This document shows, piece after piece, positions 62,598-64,000 of a DNA stretch of 64,000 nucleotides. Each line of letters starts with the position of its first letter. The stretch's first letter is position 1. Made by a program: the position numbers and the translations under genes. The DNA lies in NCBI GenBank assembly GCA_032718475.1, contig JAUCBJ010003953.1, positions 63,154 through 127,153 on the forward strand. Reading direction: 5' to 3'. Below the pieces are notes generated by a model. The model did no database searches, was not told where the DNA came from, and saw only the letters and a program-made list of their open reading frames with translations. The DNA comes from Nemertoderma westbladi. Taxonomy: Eukaryota > Animalia > Xenacoelomorpha.

Positions 62598-62902
62598 CGT
62601 TCATGTCGATACCGGTATTGACATTAGATGTCAAAATTGACATGCAATAAAACATATCATTAAAATTATTACAAACAACAATATACATTAGTTGGATTCA
62701 ACAATATTTTAATTAAAATAGATATTCTCTTTACAAAAAAACATTTTTTACGTTTCAAATCACAATATTTTAAAAATTTATGATCAAAACATGTCAATAT
62801 TGACATCATGTCAATTTTGACATGGTTGCATGGAACATGTCAATATTGACAACATGTCAATATTGACAACATGTCAATATTGACAACATGTCAATATTGA
62901 CA
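62598..62902. repeat. Cluster of palindromic catgtcaatattgaca units (MITE-like)
   Basis: Units at both ends and four in tandem at 62836-62902. Confidence 0.75.
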
Positions 62903-63309
62903 AAGTGCCCGACTGCTAATCGGTTTGCGTACCGGTACGGGTACGGTACCGTACCGCACCACGCAGCCACTGGCCACCGCCACGCGTACCAGTAGCTTTG
63001 CAAATACAATTACAGTCAGACTGTACCGGTCTAACAGTCTAATACTGTAATCTGGTAATAGGCAGATAGGCGTATGCTGGTATGCATATTGCAGTGCAGG
63101 CCACATGCCATGCCATACAGTCTTCAGCCATTTTCATTTAGGCCTAGGTCATAGATTAGGCCTATAGGTTAGGCCTATCAGCCTATGCAGCTATGCCAGT
63201 ATGCTGCTGCTATGTCAGTATGTACCGACACGAGAGACGACACTCCTAAAAATTTCCATAACTTATTTTTTCTTTGACTGTTTGATTAATTAATTAGGTT
63301 TCTTAATAA

Positions 63310-63585
63310 GGGCATAGAGGAATCAACAAACTTTGAAAAGGAGTGGTTTGCCATCATGGACGGACAGCTGAATCAACAAACTTTTGAAACAAGTATAAGT
63401 GGTTCGCCATGGGCATACAGGCATAGGCTGTAGGCCAGTAGGCCTAGGGGAATCATCAAAGTTTGAAAAAAAAGTATAAGTGGTTCGCCATGGGCATAGG
63501 GCTGTAGGGGAATCATTATAGTTTGAAAAAAAAAGTATAAGTGGTTCGCCACGGGCTGACGGGCATAGATAGGGGAATCAATAAA
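63310..63585. repeat. Degenerate ~50-75-bp tandem repeat
   Basis: gggcatag..ggaatca.caaa.tttgaaaa..agtataagtggttcgccat. Confidence 0.75.
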
Positions 63586-64000
63586 AAAATTATTACCACT
63601 GTCGTACAGTCGTACACTGTCAGACTATCAAGGAAGCGTATTATGTAGAACTGTAGAATGTAGCCGCCTTTTACCGGTACTTCTGTCAGTCTGTAGGCCC
63701 ACGCCCCACGCCCACTTACTGCAGTACTGACTCATAATTTGTTGGCAATTATACAAAATATACTGATATATCCAACGACTGAACTACAACTACAGTATGA
63801 ACTACCCAGCTCTGACCGGGTGTTTGAAAAAGGTGGACTGAACACAAAAAAACATGGATAACGGAAAACGAACAGGACCAATCAGAAACGTATTGAACTT
63901 AGTAAGGAATGTTTTGAAGTACGTTTAGGTATCCCCTTTGAGGTGGACGAAAGTAGCTGCTGCAATTTTGGCTTTAAAAAGGGGGCAAAGCCCCAGGACA

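Overview
AT-rich eukaryotic (most likely invertebrate animal) genomic DNA with GT-AG introns, many tandem arrays and short transposon remnants. No prokaryotic operon, rRNA or CRISPR array is evident. Genes supported by the sequence: (1) a 9-exon minus-strand imidazolonepropionase-like gene (AMDHD1/HutI, 42930->21623, 451 aa, reconstructed by hand with all splice phases consistent), with substitutions at normally conserved active-site positions; (2) two intronless UFD1 paralogues, one nested on the same strand in the last AMDHD1 intron; (3) an intronless atypical Rho-family GTPase; (4) a Gfo/Idh/MocA oxidoreductase pseudogene split by a 406-bp insertion with a 9-bp target-site duplication; (5) an intronless bacterial-looking DUF924 gene (HGT candidate); (6) a secreted, probably GPI-anchored protein with two 10-Cys domains. 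Most long ORFs in the supplied track (4.9-6.4, 25.4-28.9, 34.3-41.2 and 43.0-44.8 kb) are translations of satellites. Notable non-coding observations are TA-flanked transposon-excision-like footprints seen as insertions inside repeat units, a tandem repeat grown from a splice donor, a palindrome with outward-facing tRNA-Gly-like arms, and a palindrome enclosing a hammerhead-core-like motif. Homology calls rest on recalled family motifs, not database searches. I cannot claim a confirmed novel system.
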